From Perna viridis (lineage: Eukaryota), in contig CM074524.1 of the NCBI GenBank assembly GCA_037379345.1, positions 28,206,750-28,270,749 on the forward strand: 64,000 nt of DNA, in the 5' to 3' direction. The notes under the pieces are model-generated. The model was not told the origin of the DNA. It worked only from the letters and a program-made list of their open reading frames with translations, and did not search any database. Numbering within the stretch: the stretch's first letter is position 1; each line of letters opens with the position of its first letter. The translations under genes and the position numbers were made by a program. This document shows positions 49,603 through 61,941 of this stretch, piece after piece.

Positions 49603-50624
49603 CCCCCCCCCATTTCACAAACACGAATCTTTCTTACAAATCCTTACGAATAATCGATTCTTAATCATTCGCAGGCAATACTTAACTCGGTGGCCTTCAA
49701 AAAGTTCTCTTAGCAACTTGTAGATCTTCGCAGGAATTCATATCGATTCGCAATTGGAGATAAACGTTTTATGTCAAAGACTTTAACGCGAATGTCCATG
49801 AATCATTTTTGCCTATTTTATTCGTAAATAGCTCGCAGATCACTATGAACCGTTCATAAGGCATCGATAACCGAACAAAAGAATTTGTAAAGCATTTGCA
49901 AGAACTATTTAGTTCGCTAAATCATACGATTTTTAACGATTCATTTACGAATGATAGCAAGGAAATTACGATCCATAGTTGTTGGATAGATTAACTGATA
50001 AACACAAATTCAAGTGACTACTTTGCGAATATACACGAATACCTTGCCTGTGATAAAGAGAGGTTGTTAGTCGTGCAAGTAGGCGAAGAAGTCGAAAGAA
50101 TTTTCTTGTAAAATATTGATTAATTTCACTCGTAAACAATGTCCAATATTCAACTATAGAACACTTGAGGTTGTATGGCTAAAATTTATATGAACAAGAA
50201 AATCATTACCATTCGTCAAACTCTAAACTGCAAAATATTTGTCATTGAAAACACGTTGTTAAGTTACGATCGTAAACCATTCGTTAATTATCAATAAAAG
50301 CTTGGACCAAGTCGTACCAATTTGCATTATACTCACAACTATTAATTAGCTTGGACCAAGTCGTACCAATTTGCATTATACTCACAACTATTACTTCCTA
50401 ACAATGTCGTTTGCATTCGTAAATCGTATTTATCTGCAAACTACAATTGCAATAATTCGCAGTAAATCGTAACGTGATCGTTCATACGCGTATGCATTTG
50501 TAAAACACTGACCAATCAATCGTGAAAGTAGCTTATTCGCAAGGATTCGTATAAGTTTTATGAATCGTAAATTTTTAAGATTCGTAACGATTCGAAAGAG
50601 AGATTCGTGTATGTGAAGAGGACA
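49603..50624. mobile_element. ~1-kb non-autonomous DNA transposon (PIF/Harbinger-like TIRs)
   Basis: Left ccccatttcacaaacacgaatctttctt matches the reverse complement of right aaagagagattcgtgtatgtgaagaggac. Many ttcgta/tacgaa motifs. A 49-bp tandem duplication at 50299-50393. Confidence 0.7.
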
Positions 50625-51471
50625 TTAAGCAGAGTTTACGATATTTATTATTTGCCTGACACGGCTTATGCTCTTTATATAGTTAATAGCATCATCTAAC
50701 TCAGCCCTAATTAGGAAGGCTTATGATTCATTTTTTAAGAGAGGCTTAATTTTTCGCTCATTTCAATCAGTTTTGGAGCTTGTATGTCAGTAACTCAAGT
50801 GGTCCTTTGTTTATTGTTGCTTTTTTCTACTTTCTTGTAATTTTCACTATATTGGGATTGCAATCAAACCTGTTTTCGTATGGTATTGTCAATTTCGCAA
50901 AATATACCTTAATGTCAGCTATATGTAATATCCAAAAGAAGCTGGTTTGAACTTAGTTATCTTTATTTGGCAGAGGCAGCGGGGTTGTAGAACACCAATA
51001 TAGTCCAACACCGCCTCATCTTTTAGCTTGTCGAAATAAGTAATTCAATCATCTATATCTACTACAAACCAGCAACAAAGTGTTGATTTAGCGTTGTATG
51101 TTAATAGTGTTTGACACGTGTCGCGGCGCATTGTTGCTGATATATAATATCATTACCGGATTTTACTGACTTGCTGGCGGATGTTTACCCTTCTGGAATT
51201 TTAGCGGGGCGGAGTTCATATAGCTAGTGATTTGCTTGTTTTTTGTGTGGCGTTTTATTTCCCTTATCTTCAGTTTTTTTGTGTAATCATTTTTATCAGG
51301 TTCGCTACATTGTGTATGTAGATAGTCTCTGTTTCATGTGTCAATTTTAAGGCCATGTTTTAGGATTGGGCTGATTTGAATCATCCCACACCTGACGTTC
51401 GTTTACCGATATTTCTGACCGTTTAATATGTTTTGTAATGGTTTGTGTAGTTAATTAGTTTTGTAAATGTA

Positions 51472-51696
51472 TTAAGGAGGTAGACCTAGGATAAGGGACA
51501 CAACTTTTGAAATCAGTGACATGTTTATATCATATTCAATTCACCAAAGCATATCAAGCTTTCATTTGAATCAGAATGAAATCAATCCATGTTTTTCTGA
51601 TGCTTAAATGAGATTGATGTAAATTGCTGAATACAAACGTTCCAATGATTTGTAAGAGTTGTGTCCCTTACCCTAGGTCTAGGTCTATCTTCTTAA
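51472..51696 (+). mobile_element. TTAA-flanked MITE, copy 3
   Basis: Same TIRs and internal sequence; small duplication (aggtct) in the right TIR. Confidence 0.9.
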
Positions 51697-52319
51697 ATGC
51701 TTAAACTGTAAGGACTTTTTCCAACATCAGTAGGTTTGGAGATTTTCAAGTCATTCCAGTAATTTTCAGTTTTAATTTTTATATTATGATTGCTGAGTGC
51801 ATCGGCACGCCTACTGTTTTCTTTAGATTTTCTGAAAAAAAAAAAAAAAACATTTAACATATAACGTTCCATTGTGATCTGAAACGAACCAAACTGTTAT
51901 TTATAATTTGAATAGCTTTAGTTACCTTTAAATTCCTTGAAAACTTTTGTGAATGAATACAACATAGGACGGAAATTCCTTATTGCCCCTAAATAAATGT
52001 GTGCAAAATATTACTGCACACTTCATTTTATAAATTCTCAACGACTTAAGGGACGTTTCTGTTACAACAATAAAAAATATACTATAATAACCAGTTTAGA
52101 ATAAGTTCATAATTCAATATGTTGGGGAATTCATTGTTCATACAATGGTAGTACACGAAACTACGAGAGACTTGATTGTTAACAAACAATACAAAAACAT
52201 TCCCGTTCTTATCAATATTAAAGGAAGGAAGGAAAGGTCTGGTCAAGTGGATGATGTCAATTTCACCAACATAAGTTTTTGGTGAGGTAGGACGCACGAA
52301 ACATCTATGGTTCATAGGA

Positions 52320-52378
52320 AATATACTATAAACTCAAAAAGGCAAATAGGCCACAACAGCTTCTTAGTAAGGTAAGTT
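52320..52378 (+). promoter_or_regulatory. Candidate 5' UTR exon end / splice donor of the plus-strand GPCR
   Basis: AAG|GTAAGT at 52369-52377 would pair with the acceptor at 52735 to give an intron of about 364 nt. The exon start is not determined. Confidence 0.45.
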
Positions 52379-52760
52379 CGTTTTAATAAGAAAGGAGAGA
52401 ACGGAAAGAAAGGCTTTTACGGGGGATAAATTCTAATTTTGATTTTAGAAGTTAAATTATAAGGATTATTTTTGGCAAAGTTATGCTAGCATAACCAAAT
52501 TTGGACAGTTCACGCTTGTTTGCGGTTCATGAAGCGCAAACTGTCTTAAAGTTGTTTATGTAATCTATAAATTTTATATTTAATACACTTTGACAATATT
52601 TTACTCCATTTAAAAACGCTGAGTAGCTGATAAATAATTTTAGTATTACTGTTGTTATAATTTGCATACGTTTACTCTTTCCCGACATAGTTTTACGTAA
52701 TTTTCGCGCGTTCTCAATATTTTTTTATATTTTAGGTAGAAGAGCCGGAAGAGTACTGAT

Positions 52761-54062
52761 ATGGAAAACAGTAGTTCTACATCTTCAAATGCAACAAATT
52801 ACCCAATGTGCAGCTACAAAATTACCGAGGGGGTTTTCCTAGAAAGCGCAAATGATACTATATTCAAAAGCATTTACCTTCCTAGTTTTATATTGACATT
52901 GATAATGCTACTGATTGGTGGACCAGGGAATTCCCTTGTATTCTATATATATTTTGCAAAATGGCGAAAGACGACCGCCCGCATTTTTATTCTCGCTCTC
53001 GCGGGATTTGATATGATGAATTGTTTCTTCACCATGCCCATGGAATTGACTGTATTGGCAAATATCATTATGTTTGATATTGGACCAGTATGCAAAGTAT
53101 TTCGCTATATCACTTTCATGATGAACAATGGTTCATCAGTAATTCTGGCAGGAATTTCAATTGACAGATACATTCGCATCTGTATGCCTTTGAGGGTTCA
53201 ACTACAACCATCTCATGCAAAGAGAGTTGTTATTTTAGCACTGGTCTTGTCAGTATTATTTGCATGGCCGGCATTGTTAATGTACGGAATCCAAACTTTA
53301 CAGTTCCCGGTTCCAGGAAAGCCACATATATGCATCATTGGAAAGACATGCTTGTACGAGGAAGAATACATGAATACCGACTATCCCCTTATATTTACAA
53401 TGGTTTTACTGATCGGCACTTTATTAATCGATATTTGCATGATAGTGCTGTATTCGATGATTGGGTATCAGGTTATTCAGCGTGGTAATGCCATTGAGCC
53501 CGCGCCTTCGACTAAATGGCGGAAAGGAAGCACATCGACAGAAAACACAGATGACGGGATCATTATATCTCCTACAAGAAATGACGACGATTCAGGCAAG
53601 CCTCTACATAATTCTAATGATATTTTTCCAAATAACGAACCAACAATTTACATTCCAAGAACGTCAGAAAGACCCAAGAAAAAAGTGGTGAAACAATCAA
53701 GCGCACAATCGATGAAGCGCGACGCATTCCGGCAGAGGTCACTCTCTGTATCGAGCATTGAAACACGCCGGGCACAGATGTATAAGACGACTCTGATGCT
53801 GTTTATGGTCACGATACTCTTTATGGGATCATTCATTCCATATTGTGTCATAAGCATCATCCGGGCACTCAACAAAAATTACTACACAAATTTAAGTACA
53901 TCTGGAAAAGCTGTGTACAACTTGTTTTTGCGAACGTACATGTTGAGTTCTTCTTTGAATCCTGTTATCTATTGCTTTCTAAGTGTGCAGTTTAGAAACG
54001 AGTGCAAAGCCTTGTACAAGCAACTAAAACTCTTCTTTTCTAGAAAAGGTTCGACTCGATGA
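52761..54062 (+). CDS. Rhodopsin-like (class A) orphan GPCR, 433 aa, paralog of 33819-35072
   Basis: Same motifs (GPGNSLV, LAGFD, IDRY, AWP, LNPVIY) and long blocks identical to the other GPCR. Acceptor ttttag ends at 52735. AATAAA at about 54453. Confidence 0.95.
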   Translation: MENSSSTSSNATNYPMCSYKITEGVFLESANDTIFKSIYLPSFILTLIMLLIGGPGNSLVFYIYFAKWRKTTARIFILALAGFDMMNCFFTMPMELTVLANIIMFDIGPVCKVFRYITFMMNNGSSVILAGISIDRYIRICMPLRVQLQPSHAKRVVILALVLSVLFAWPALLMYGIQTLQFPVPGKPHICIIGKTCLYEEEYMNTDYPLIFTMVLLIGTLLIDICMIVLYSMIGYQVIQRGNAIEPAPSTKWRKGSTSTENTDDGIIISPTRNDDDSGKPLHNSNDIFPNNEPTIYIPRTSERPKKKVVKQSSAQSMKRDAFRQRSLSVSSIETRRAQMYKTTLMLFMVTILFMGSFIPYCVISIIRALNKNYYTNLSTSGKAVYNLFLRTYMLSSSLNPVIYCFLSVQFRNECKALYKQLKLFFSRKGSTR

Positions 54063-57000
54063 CAATAGCTTGTACAGACCCGTGGAAACTAGAAGTGACA
54101 ATCACCTAATTTTATCGTCGTAGAAGAACAGAACATCTACTAATGTAGACTTACTTTCACTCTACTTATCACGTGTTCAATTCTAATTGCACAAAGAAAC
54201 TATGAGTGCAGTTGGATTAAGATGAAAAAAAATGTAGATTAAGTTTGAGAAATAAGTATGTAAATATATTTAAATATGATGAGATATTGGCGATAATATT
54301 ATTAGATATCAATAAGTTTACTGTACCGGCAGAGCTTATATTCCAAAATTCACCAAAAAAAAAAAAAAAAAAAAATACGAAACCATTTAAGATTAAATTT
54401 ATTGTTTTCTCATACATAGGAGGTCTCTTCATCGACAACAACAAACATTTGAAATAAAAGAGAATATATCTGTTCATAACCAATTTTGTTGCAGAACACC
54501 ACAAATAAACAAAAGGAAACATACAAACCTAAAAAAGGTAAGTTAGGAAGATGATTGGAACAACAAACCACAAAAGAATGAAAATACAGAAAAATATACA
54601 AAAAACCAAAATAACAGGCAAAAAAAAAATAAAAAAAAAATTGAACAAACATAAGCATAAACCTAAACTATAACCACAGGAACAACCAAACAAACAATAT
54701 GTTCTACAATGGTCACATGTCTCCCTATCATTCAGTTTACGCCAACAATGAAGGGGGCATAACGCAAATGAAAATAAAAAAAAGATATATTAGTTAATTG
54801 ATCTGATATAGTACATGTAAACTTTTAATTCTAATGCCATCGAATGAGTTTAACATACACAGTACAGGATCGATTCCCACGTTCTTTAGATATTAACCAC
54901 TCACAATGATATGTTAACTGAAGTGAATAAAAATGATATATATTTTAGCGTCTGTTTTGTATGATACTTTAATCAAGCGAAGTGAACTTTTCTGAGTATA
55001 AACAACCGCCTCAACCCTACAATTCAGATGGTCACTTTCCTGTTATGTTGTCGGGAGATAACATCGGCCGGACTTCCTATTATTTTACGATGTGTATTAA
55101 GTCAGCTATTCGCGCCTGGTATGACCACTTAACTTGATCAAGAATAATATCACTTACATGAGTTTTAACAACTACACTGAGTGTTTTAGTATCAGTCTTT
55201 GTGATAAGAAGGCGTGATGTAACACGTGGTCAGAACACCCTCCCCCACCATTTTGACTGTGTTATACAGGTACGTGATTTGCGAGATCGATCGTTCTGTG
55301 TGATGGATGTAGGAAAAGACGTTTTGGCAACGTTTTGATAGGCAAAGTAACACCATTAAAATGCTTTTTTTTCTATGGTAGTCTTCTTCCCACTATCTTC
55401 AGTGCAATCTGGCACAGTACACCCAAACATTTAAGGGGTTTTAGCATCGCTTTTTTTTTCGGTTTGAAGATGACATTTTATAACTTTTTTTTACTTTGAC
55501 AAAAGATTACTGGCGTTACCTGGGACACGCCATTTCTATGCCTAACAAAAAGTCGCATGATTGTTAAATTTATTCCGGTCAGGATATGGTATTTCAAGAC
55601 AATCTCAGAAATCAAGTATTTTTATATTATTAGTACATCAAAACCAACAGAAATAAGCTACTTTTGTGATATATAACTTATTATTTTAATTATATACTCT
55701 CAAACTGACAACAAAGAAAGAAAGATGTCTCATTTAAGTAAAAATGACAATAATATTAATAATAATAAAAAAAAATAATAATCATAATTATAATGATAGT
55801 CATGTTATTTGGTGTTGTTGCAGATCGTGGTTGATTCGCACGAGAACTTGCTCTTCAAATTCCATAGCGTTGACGTGATTTAATCATTAGAGCTTTACGT
55901 GCAAGTATTTAATCATTTTGTAACATACCCACGATCATACTAAGTATTATTTATGCAAACAAATAATACATATTTTGTTCTTATCGATGCCTTTTTAAAG
56001 TACTATCGCAAATGCATGCTGGGTTGTAAGCTTACTGATTTATTTCCGTACCGTATGCCTGGGGAAACTAGTCGTGTCTTGGATGTCTAGATGCAGTGAT
56101 TCCGCATATAGTTGCTAATGCTAAAGCTAGTCTCCTTGTAGTTTGGTGTCACAGTTTGTTTTTTGTCATGATATCGTTGGTATATTTGTTGTGCAATCAT
56201 ACCTTTCGTCTTTGGCCATGATACCGTTGGTTATAGCGTGATCTTCCCGTACGTTTTTTGTCATGGTATAGCTGGTTTAGTTGTAGTATCGTTGTATTGT
56301 TTATTCTTTGTTATGCTTTAGCTGGTCTATTTATATTGTAATTGTACCTCTACTCGTGATATTGCTGCTTAAGCTGTAGTGAGTTCTTACCTTAATCTTA
56401 GTGTTTAGTCATAGTATCTTTAGTCTTCATGAAGTGTTAGAGTACCTTGTTTGGTTTGGTATTAGAGCGATGTCATGCCTCTGAGTGTGCTAGTAATTAC
56501 TTGCACCGCCCTTATAGTGTGCAGTGGTAGAACAGTCGTACCGAGTGCCTCTCCATGACTCTGAAATCATGTTTAGTAACGTGCTGTCTAACTGTATACT
56601 GTGGCGCCAACCTTTGGTTGTTTAAATGTATCACAATTTGAACGTTTTGGTGGGGATGAAAAGTGTAGGCGGATGCTTAAGTATCACAAGTAGATAGAGT
56701 GGCACCACAATGTAATAGTTTCCGGTAACACTGTGTGTCTAGTCTTTCTTTCATTATTTAAGTGCTTGTGTCGGTTTTATAGACGAAATAAGATGTTCTA
56801 TTAATTGCTAAAAGTTTTAATAAAACTTGTTCATATGACAATTCAATGGTTTCTGTTCTTTGCTAGGTTAGACATTACATCAGCAATAATCTCACGGAAT
56901 GAAAAAGTTTAACGCTGATGTGCATCCCATAAGTTAAGTTTTTAACGTAGAGGATAATGTTTGAGCTGCATTTTCATGTGACAAATTATATAGTTTAGTC

Positions 57001-57934
57001 AAACGTATGCATGTGCAATGTCCAAGTTAACTGCAAAGATTAAACGTTATATTAACATTCAGGATGGAATCAATAGCGACATTAATATGACGTCATGTCT
57101 AGAGTATTAATAAGAATTACATTTAGATAACTGGAAACCCGTACGTAAGAAAATAATCATCGGTGACTGACAAGAGTCTAATATGGCAGGCGTTAAGGAA
57201 AATGAGTCTGGCCTTGTTTGTTGTGGATTCAAAAGCTTTAACTTGCGTTTAAACAAGTCTGTTTATCTCAAGGAACACGACACATTTAAACTTAAAATGC
57301 CTTTGGTAAAAATGTATATGGTAGACAAAATCAAATAGGAATAAAATAGTTACAGAACTTGCACGGCACATGTATGTCCTGTTATATTTGTTAATCATAA
57401 TGGAAACCTTTCATCATTGACATCAGGTTATTAATTATACACTATATTAATATAGGGTATGTAAGTCTCGTCACTTGACTCTGTGATTTCATGATAATGG
57501 ACCCTCGTCTACCATTCAAATGCATGGAATTTCGTCATTAACGTGTCATTAAAAGCAAAATATCTTTTTTGTGAAAAATAGTGATAAAAAATCGGTTTTC
57601 CCAGTTTCAGAAAGGCATATAATAGAAGATTTTGCATTGTGATGCAGCGTTTGGTTTTCGCGGAAGTAAATAATAAAATGCAGATCCGTCTTCGGATTTC
57701 AATACGTTTTCCATCGGAAATTCCGGAAGAGAAACTGAAACTAGAATAAGACTTACAAAACCTATTTATTCAAGAAGGCTTCACAGCAGGCTTAGCTATG
57801 AAATGCCGTTCCTGTTTTGTTACTAACCATTTCGTTATAATCTTTATCTCATATTAAACCTACATTCCGATACTCTTTTATTATATGCTGATATCTGTTG
57901 TTGTATATGTTCATAAATTGATATGCTGATATCT

Positions 57935-58158
57935 TTAAGGAGGTAGACCTAGGGTAAGGGACATAACTCTTGAGATCAGTTATATGTTTCATCATATCTA
58001 ATTTCACCAAAGCCTATTAAGCTTTGCTTTCATTTGATACAGAATGAAATCAGTCGGAATTACTTTGATGCTTACATGAGATTGATGTAAAATGCTGAAT
58101 ACAAACGTTTCAATGACATATAAGAGTTGCGTTCCTTACCCTAGGTTTACTTTCTTAA
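57935..58158 (+). mobile_element. TTAA-flanked MITE, copy 4
   Basis: Same TIRs and internal sequence. Confidence 0.9.
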
Positions 58159-58519
58159 ACAATCTTTTTGTACTTTGATACACATTGTTGTACTTTACTA
58201 TTGTTTCCTTAAAACTTGTTATGATTCGTCTATATTTTGCTATTATACTCCTATAGTTTGTAAATACTTGTCTACGAATAATTTACATATAGCTAAAAAT
58301 AACTGACCCATAACCACTTATCAGTACACGTGCATCTCTGGAGGCAAACCATTATCAGTAGCCACATAATGCATAAAAGAATCAGTCATGATCATGATTA
58401 ACATATTGTTTAATTGTAGATGAGATTTTTCAAGACCCTTATGGATCGACAAGTGACTTGACAAATAATGTGAATAAATGACCAGATATGTTATCCTTGT
58501 ATTTACAAATATTTTCTTG

Positions 58520-58890
58520 AAACGTCATGTTTTTATGGTCGTCATCATGAACTCGTGGATCGTTATGGTGTATCCATCAACACCATGAAAACTGATGTAT
58601 TCAACGGATCATGGTTTTCCTTTCCTCGTTTGTCTACCCCGGACTTGACTTTTTATGAGCAACTCGGCGAGTGTTTCTAGAAAAGCAGAGGACGCTTACC
58701 CTACCGGTGCACCTGGTCCATGCTCCCAGTTTTTAGTGGAGTCCGAATTGCTCATTTACTTCTGTTACTTTGTATGTATGATTTTAGTTACTTTATGTTC
58801 TTTGTTGTGTATGTCTGTTTTCCATGTCTGGTCTTTGTTCCTGGATTACATTCTTTTGATTACCGATATAACCTTGGTTCCCTTGATTAC
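58520..58890 (+). mobile_element. 3' end of a Penelope-like element (ORF end plus ~230-bp terminal repeat)
   Basis: FYGRHHELVDRYGVSINTMKTDVFN followed by atgagcaactcgg...ttggttcccttgattactc. The same repeat occurs at 37725-37955 (+), 46135-46372 (+), 32170-32310 (+, partial), 4800-4915 (-) and 31320-31405 (-), with a diverged variant at 60260-60360. Confidence 0.8.
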
Positions 58891-61800
58891 TCTTTTACTC
58901 AAGAGTAGAAATCAATATCTAAAATTATCAGATGGATACCACTATTTTGTTCTTGGTCATATTCCAGCCAGTGTCATTTCTTTCCAGGCGCGAAGATTTA
59001 TGTGTATTTGAAAGAGGATATGTTATATGTACCTTGACTGCATTTGTAGAACATAGATACGATCAAAATAAACTCCTTACTTAGGAGCATGCTTGCTAAT
59101 ATCATTACTGCAAAACTTTTACGATTGTAATTACAATTTGAAAGACCAATATGAAGTTTCTTTATTATAGGGGGGGGGGGGGGTAAGATATCTTCAGTTA
59201 AATTTCATGTCTGACCGAAATGACAACTTGACATTAACATGTACATATCCTAGCATAGCAGGATATTCTACCACTACTGGCTATATTATGTGATATAATA
59301 TTGCATAGTGTTTTGTGTGTGTGTTTTCTTGTTTTCCTTATCTTCTATTTTAATAGATACGGTTAACGTATTTTATTCTATTGTCTACATTGTGAATGAA
59401 GATTATCTCTGCTTCATGTTTTCGCGGTTGAGCCATATACTTGGGTGTTGATGTCTCTCTATTGCTATTTTGAACCTATTTCATAATAGGCTCTGTATTA
59501 GGTTAGTAAATTCAATAAAAAAAAAAATAACTCGTAAAATGTTATTTAGACATGTTAGCCTTAATGAATGAATGTTACATTTAAGTAAGGATAGCCTGTT
59601 AAAAAATAATTGACACAATGTGGTAATTTAGTAGCCTTTTAATCAGCCTTTAATTACAGATTTATCATTATTTGTTATTGTTGTTATTCTTTATTTACTA
59701 TTTTTTTCAACGACATTTATCTACAAACAATTTCGTATTGTGTGCCAAGAATAAAAAAAAAACATTTAAAATACAGTTGTGATTTATAAATATAACTGCA
59801 ACGCCATATCAAAATAAACTAGATTTTGTCCCATTAATCCCGTCGATCTCTGCAATGTTTTGCGCTGCTATTGCACTCTACATAATACCCAGTCTATTGG
59901 CATTCAAGGTGAAATATGTATACTGAGAGAAATATTGGTTTTAAGTTAAATGAGCCAAAAAGGTAAACGGCTATATCATACATCAATGGATAATATTTTA
60001 TTTATATTTCATTTGTATTCCTCTTTACCTTTAAAATGTGGCTATGTTCACTTAATCATTATTCTTATTTACGTGTAATTTGAGCCAATTCACAACATAT
60101 CTTATTTTCATATACAAAATGAAAGTGTTAAACTTTAAAATGTATATAAAATATTCTTTTCTGAATTTGAAAATTTGTCTATTATACCGCCTACGGTAGC
60201 CTTGTAAAACGTGATTTTTTAATAGGATCTTTTTGTGACAGTCTATTACCAGACTCTCACTTGCAATATGATGGGTGTCGCTGACGGCGCAGGACATGCT
60301 TACCCTCCAAAGCATCTGAGTCACTCCCGCTTTTTGTTGGCGTTCATATTGCTAATGCTATATTTTATGTGTTACGTCATGTTCAGTTCTTATATGCAAT
60401 ACATTTTATTCGGTTATTGGGAATATTAGGTCTGTTGTTTTTATATGAAACTCTCTACTTCAAAACGTCTTTCTTTTCTTTATTTTAAGAAGCAGTTTTT
60501 ACAAAAATCAGAGAGGAGACGATTCATGCATGACAAAAACATTCTAAATTCAGTTTTATTTCACACAGTTTCTGATCACATAACAAGTCTTAGTTTTTCA
60601 TTTCGGTGTTGCAATTATGAGATAGAATTTGTATAAATTGTACACGAAATTAGTACTCTGCAATAGTCATTGTTCTGGATTTGCTTTAATCTTGTTGGTT
60701 TTAGTTGGAGATAAATGTATGATTTTCTCAAATGTACAGATATGAATGCAAAAAACTTATTTTTCCCCAAAATATAGCATCTGAAGATCGAAGAAACATG
60801 TTTGTTAATTGGGTTATTCTACATCATGAATCACCTGTATCATAGGCAGTGTCTGAAATTGATATGGACTGGTACTTAATTATTTTGTTTAGCGATTCAC
60901 ACATAAAAGTAAGTGTGATAATTCTTTAATACGAATCTTGAATCCTTTATCCATCATTGTATTCATTACAAATCTATAATGGTGTTTTGGTGTTTAGTTT
61001 TTATATATCTCCTGGGCCAAAGTATTTTGCTTTAAAAATAATTTACAAAACAGGCACGATTTAAGTTCAATGCTTCTACGAAAAACGGTATTTTTGGAAA
61101 TTGGAAATGGCCAAAGGCAGATAACTCAGCCACATTAAACATCATTAGACACAATGAAGATCATCGAGTTATGTTTGGACATTTAATGATTTAACTTTTA
61201 AACCAATTTGTTTCGTTCCATGCGGTGGATTTATTTCGCAACTCCACAAAATATTGGCCAAATATAAGAAAGTTCGATACAAACGTATCGGCATTTCATG
61301 CATTACCTTGCCAAACAGATTCAAATCAACGCGCAAGACTTTTGACGTCCTCAGGCAAGGCCTTATCTGATCATATATTATCTTGCCAATATTATATATT
61401 TTCCAAATACAGAGTTTTTGCTCTTCCTCTTTTTATTTTTATTTCTATTTGTAATTTTTTACACTTGTTTGTTACCAGTAGTTGCCGATTTTGACTGACG
61501 GTTGACGATATATGATGCATGATTAATACATGGGATAAACAAATCAAAAAGTCATGCACAAACACAAAAAGCATCAAACAAACATAAGGAAGTTACCTTT
61601 GTTTAACATAGGAACGGTTATGGTAACCATAGGAATTGTCTTACTAATGTTTTGTATTTGTAACTTGAATCGAAAAATTGTGTCACCAAAAGCACTTTTG
61701 TTGATGATTTGATCAAAACATATATGTAATTATAACCATACATTTGAAATACCAAGTAAACAATGCTGCCTCTGAAACATAATCTAAATCTGTTAGCTAT

Positions 61801-61941
61801 AGTGATATATTATGTATATATATTACAAAAACAAATTATCGTTCTTGATTTCGTTGAATTAGGTTGCTTTTAGCAGGAGGATAAAGTGCGATTTTCTCTT
61901 AAGTAATTTCTGTAATAAGGAAAGGACTATTATCACATAAA

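Noticed and set aside
56598-56620. tggcgccaac resembling a tRNA-Lys primer-binding site
   Set aside because: Imperfect, not preceded by an LTR ending in CA, and no gag/pol downstream.
58655-59011. Recurrent ORFs 'MSNSASVSRKAEDAYPTGAPGPCSQF' (also at 46133 and 37732)
   Set aside because: They lie in the 3' terminal repeat of the Penelope-like family, downstream of the RT-like coding remnant, and frames differ between copies.
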